From the NCBI GenBank assembly GCA_041941795.1, contig CP145872.1, positions 60,001 through 92,000 of the forward strand: a DNA stretch of 32,000 bases, given 5' to 3'. Position 1 is the stretch's first letter; each line of letters begins with the position of its first letter. Shown here piece after piece: positions 31,304 to 32,000 of the stretch. The notes below the pieces were generated by a model. The model did no database searches. It had not been told where the DNA came from and was given only the letters and a program-made list of their open reading frames with translations. The translations under genes and the position numbers were made by a program. Source of the stretch: Candidatus Saccharimonadota bacterium (GTDB lineage: Bacteria > Pseudomonadota > Gammaproteobacteria > Enterobacterales > Enterobacteriaceae).

Positions 31304-31516
31304 TTATTCGCTATTCGGAATTTTAAATCTTTTCTGAAATTTTTCCACTCGACCGCCGGTATCTACTATTCGTTGTTGGCCGGTATAAAATGGATGACAT
31401 TTACCACAAACATCTAAAGTCAAATCATGACCTATGGTAGAACTAGTCTGAATGACATTTCCACATGAACAAAATGCCGTTAGTTTAGTGTAATTTGGAT
31501 GAATATCTTTTTTCAT
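31304..31516 (-). CDS. rpmE: 50S ribosomal protein L31
   Basis: 70 aa. MKKDIHPNY...CSCGN...[10 protein letters not shown] matches E. coli L31, with the Zn-ribbon cysteines retained. Confidence 0.96.
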   Translation of the reverse strand: MKKDIHPNYTKLTAFCSCGNVIQTSSTIGHDLTLDVCGKCHPFYTGQQRIVDTGGRVEKFQKRFKIPNSE

Positions 31517-31667
31517 ATAAGGAATCTCTCTCTTAGAGCACTAAAATTTAGTTTTTAAAAGTGTTTATAAAAATATAAAAAATATCAATGTTTAGTTACC
31601 ATCTAATTATGTTATAATTATAAGGTTATATAAGAAGAATTATATAATTTATTATGAGTTATGTTTT

Positions 31668-32000
31668 ATGCGAATAGTTCGAGTTGTTTTCTCTCTTCCT
31701 GTTATGCAATATTTTGATTATCTTTTACCAGCCGATCTTTCTGTTGGTGTGGGAGCACGAGTTTACGTACCTTTTGGTAAACGTAATCTTCTCGGAATAG
31801 TAGTCGACATTCAGGATCAATCTGATCGTCCTAAGGAAAAATTAAGATATATTAATAAAATTTTAGATAAAGAATCTCTCTTTGATTCTTCCTTATGGCG
31901 TCTTTTACTCTGGTCCGCAGAGTATTATCATTATCCTGTCGGAGAAATTATATTTTATGCTCTTCCAAAATTATTAAGACTCGGTCATTCTACTAGCATG
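31668..32000 (+). CDS. priA: Primosomal helicase PriA (partial; N-terminal 111 codons)
   Basis: MRIVRVVFSLPVMQYFDYLLP...RVYVPFGKRNLLGIVV...LWRLLLWSAEYYHYPVGE matches E. coli [21 protein letters not shown]...RVRVPFGKQQERIGIVV...VWRLLLWAADYYHHPIGD. The frame runs off the right edge. Confidence 0.9.
   Translation, partial: MRIVRVVFSLPVMQYFDYLLPADLSVGVGARVYVPFGKRNLLGIVVDIQDQSDRPKEKLRYINKILDKESLFDSSLWRLLLWSAEYYHYPVGEIIFYALPKLLRLGHSTSM

Overview
This window is AT-rich (roughly one-third GC by eye), gene-dense and free of mobile elements. It looks like the reduced genome of an Enterobacterales-derived, probably insect-associated, endosymbiont. Nearly every gene is a recognisable ortholog of an E. 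coli core gene, and local order follows the E. coli map with large blocks deleted. Content in order: tig (-, partial); cyoABCD (+) followed by a degraded cyoE; cspE (+); lipA, lipB, holA, leuS, ybeY, miaB (all -); a four-gene tRNA operon Met-Leu-Gln-Gln (-); glnS (+); fldA (-); ybgI (+); an atypical DsbB-family membrane protein (-); sdhCDAB-sucABCD (+); a 16S rRNA-tRNAIle-tRNAAla unit (-) with no 23S/5S attached; a metB relic (-); rpmE (-); and the start of priA (+, partial). I found no CRISPR array, transposase, integrase, phage gene, toxin-antitoxin pair or defence-like operon, so I do not claim a novel multi-gene system here. The notable signals are genome-erosion signatures. cyoE (heme O synthase) is a frameshifted relic behind an intact cytochrome bo3 operon. 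gltA is missing from its usual slot, which holds a DsbB-like gene lacking the canonical second cysteine pair. A small SD-led membrane ORF upstream of that gene is interrupted at an A11 tract. The rRNA operon is split. metB is a relic, and a 13-nt copy of the tRNA-Ile 3' end lies upstream of the 16S gene. Several genes appear cleanly excised (lptE, ybeZ, fur, and the nadD-to-ybeD block). tRNA genes vary in whether they encode the 3' CCA. All homology statements come from my recollection of E. coli protein and RNA sequences compared by eye, not from a database search.
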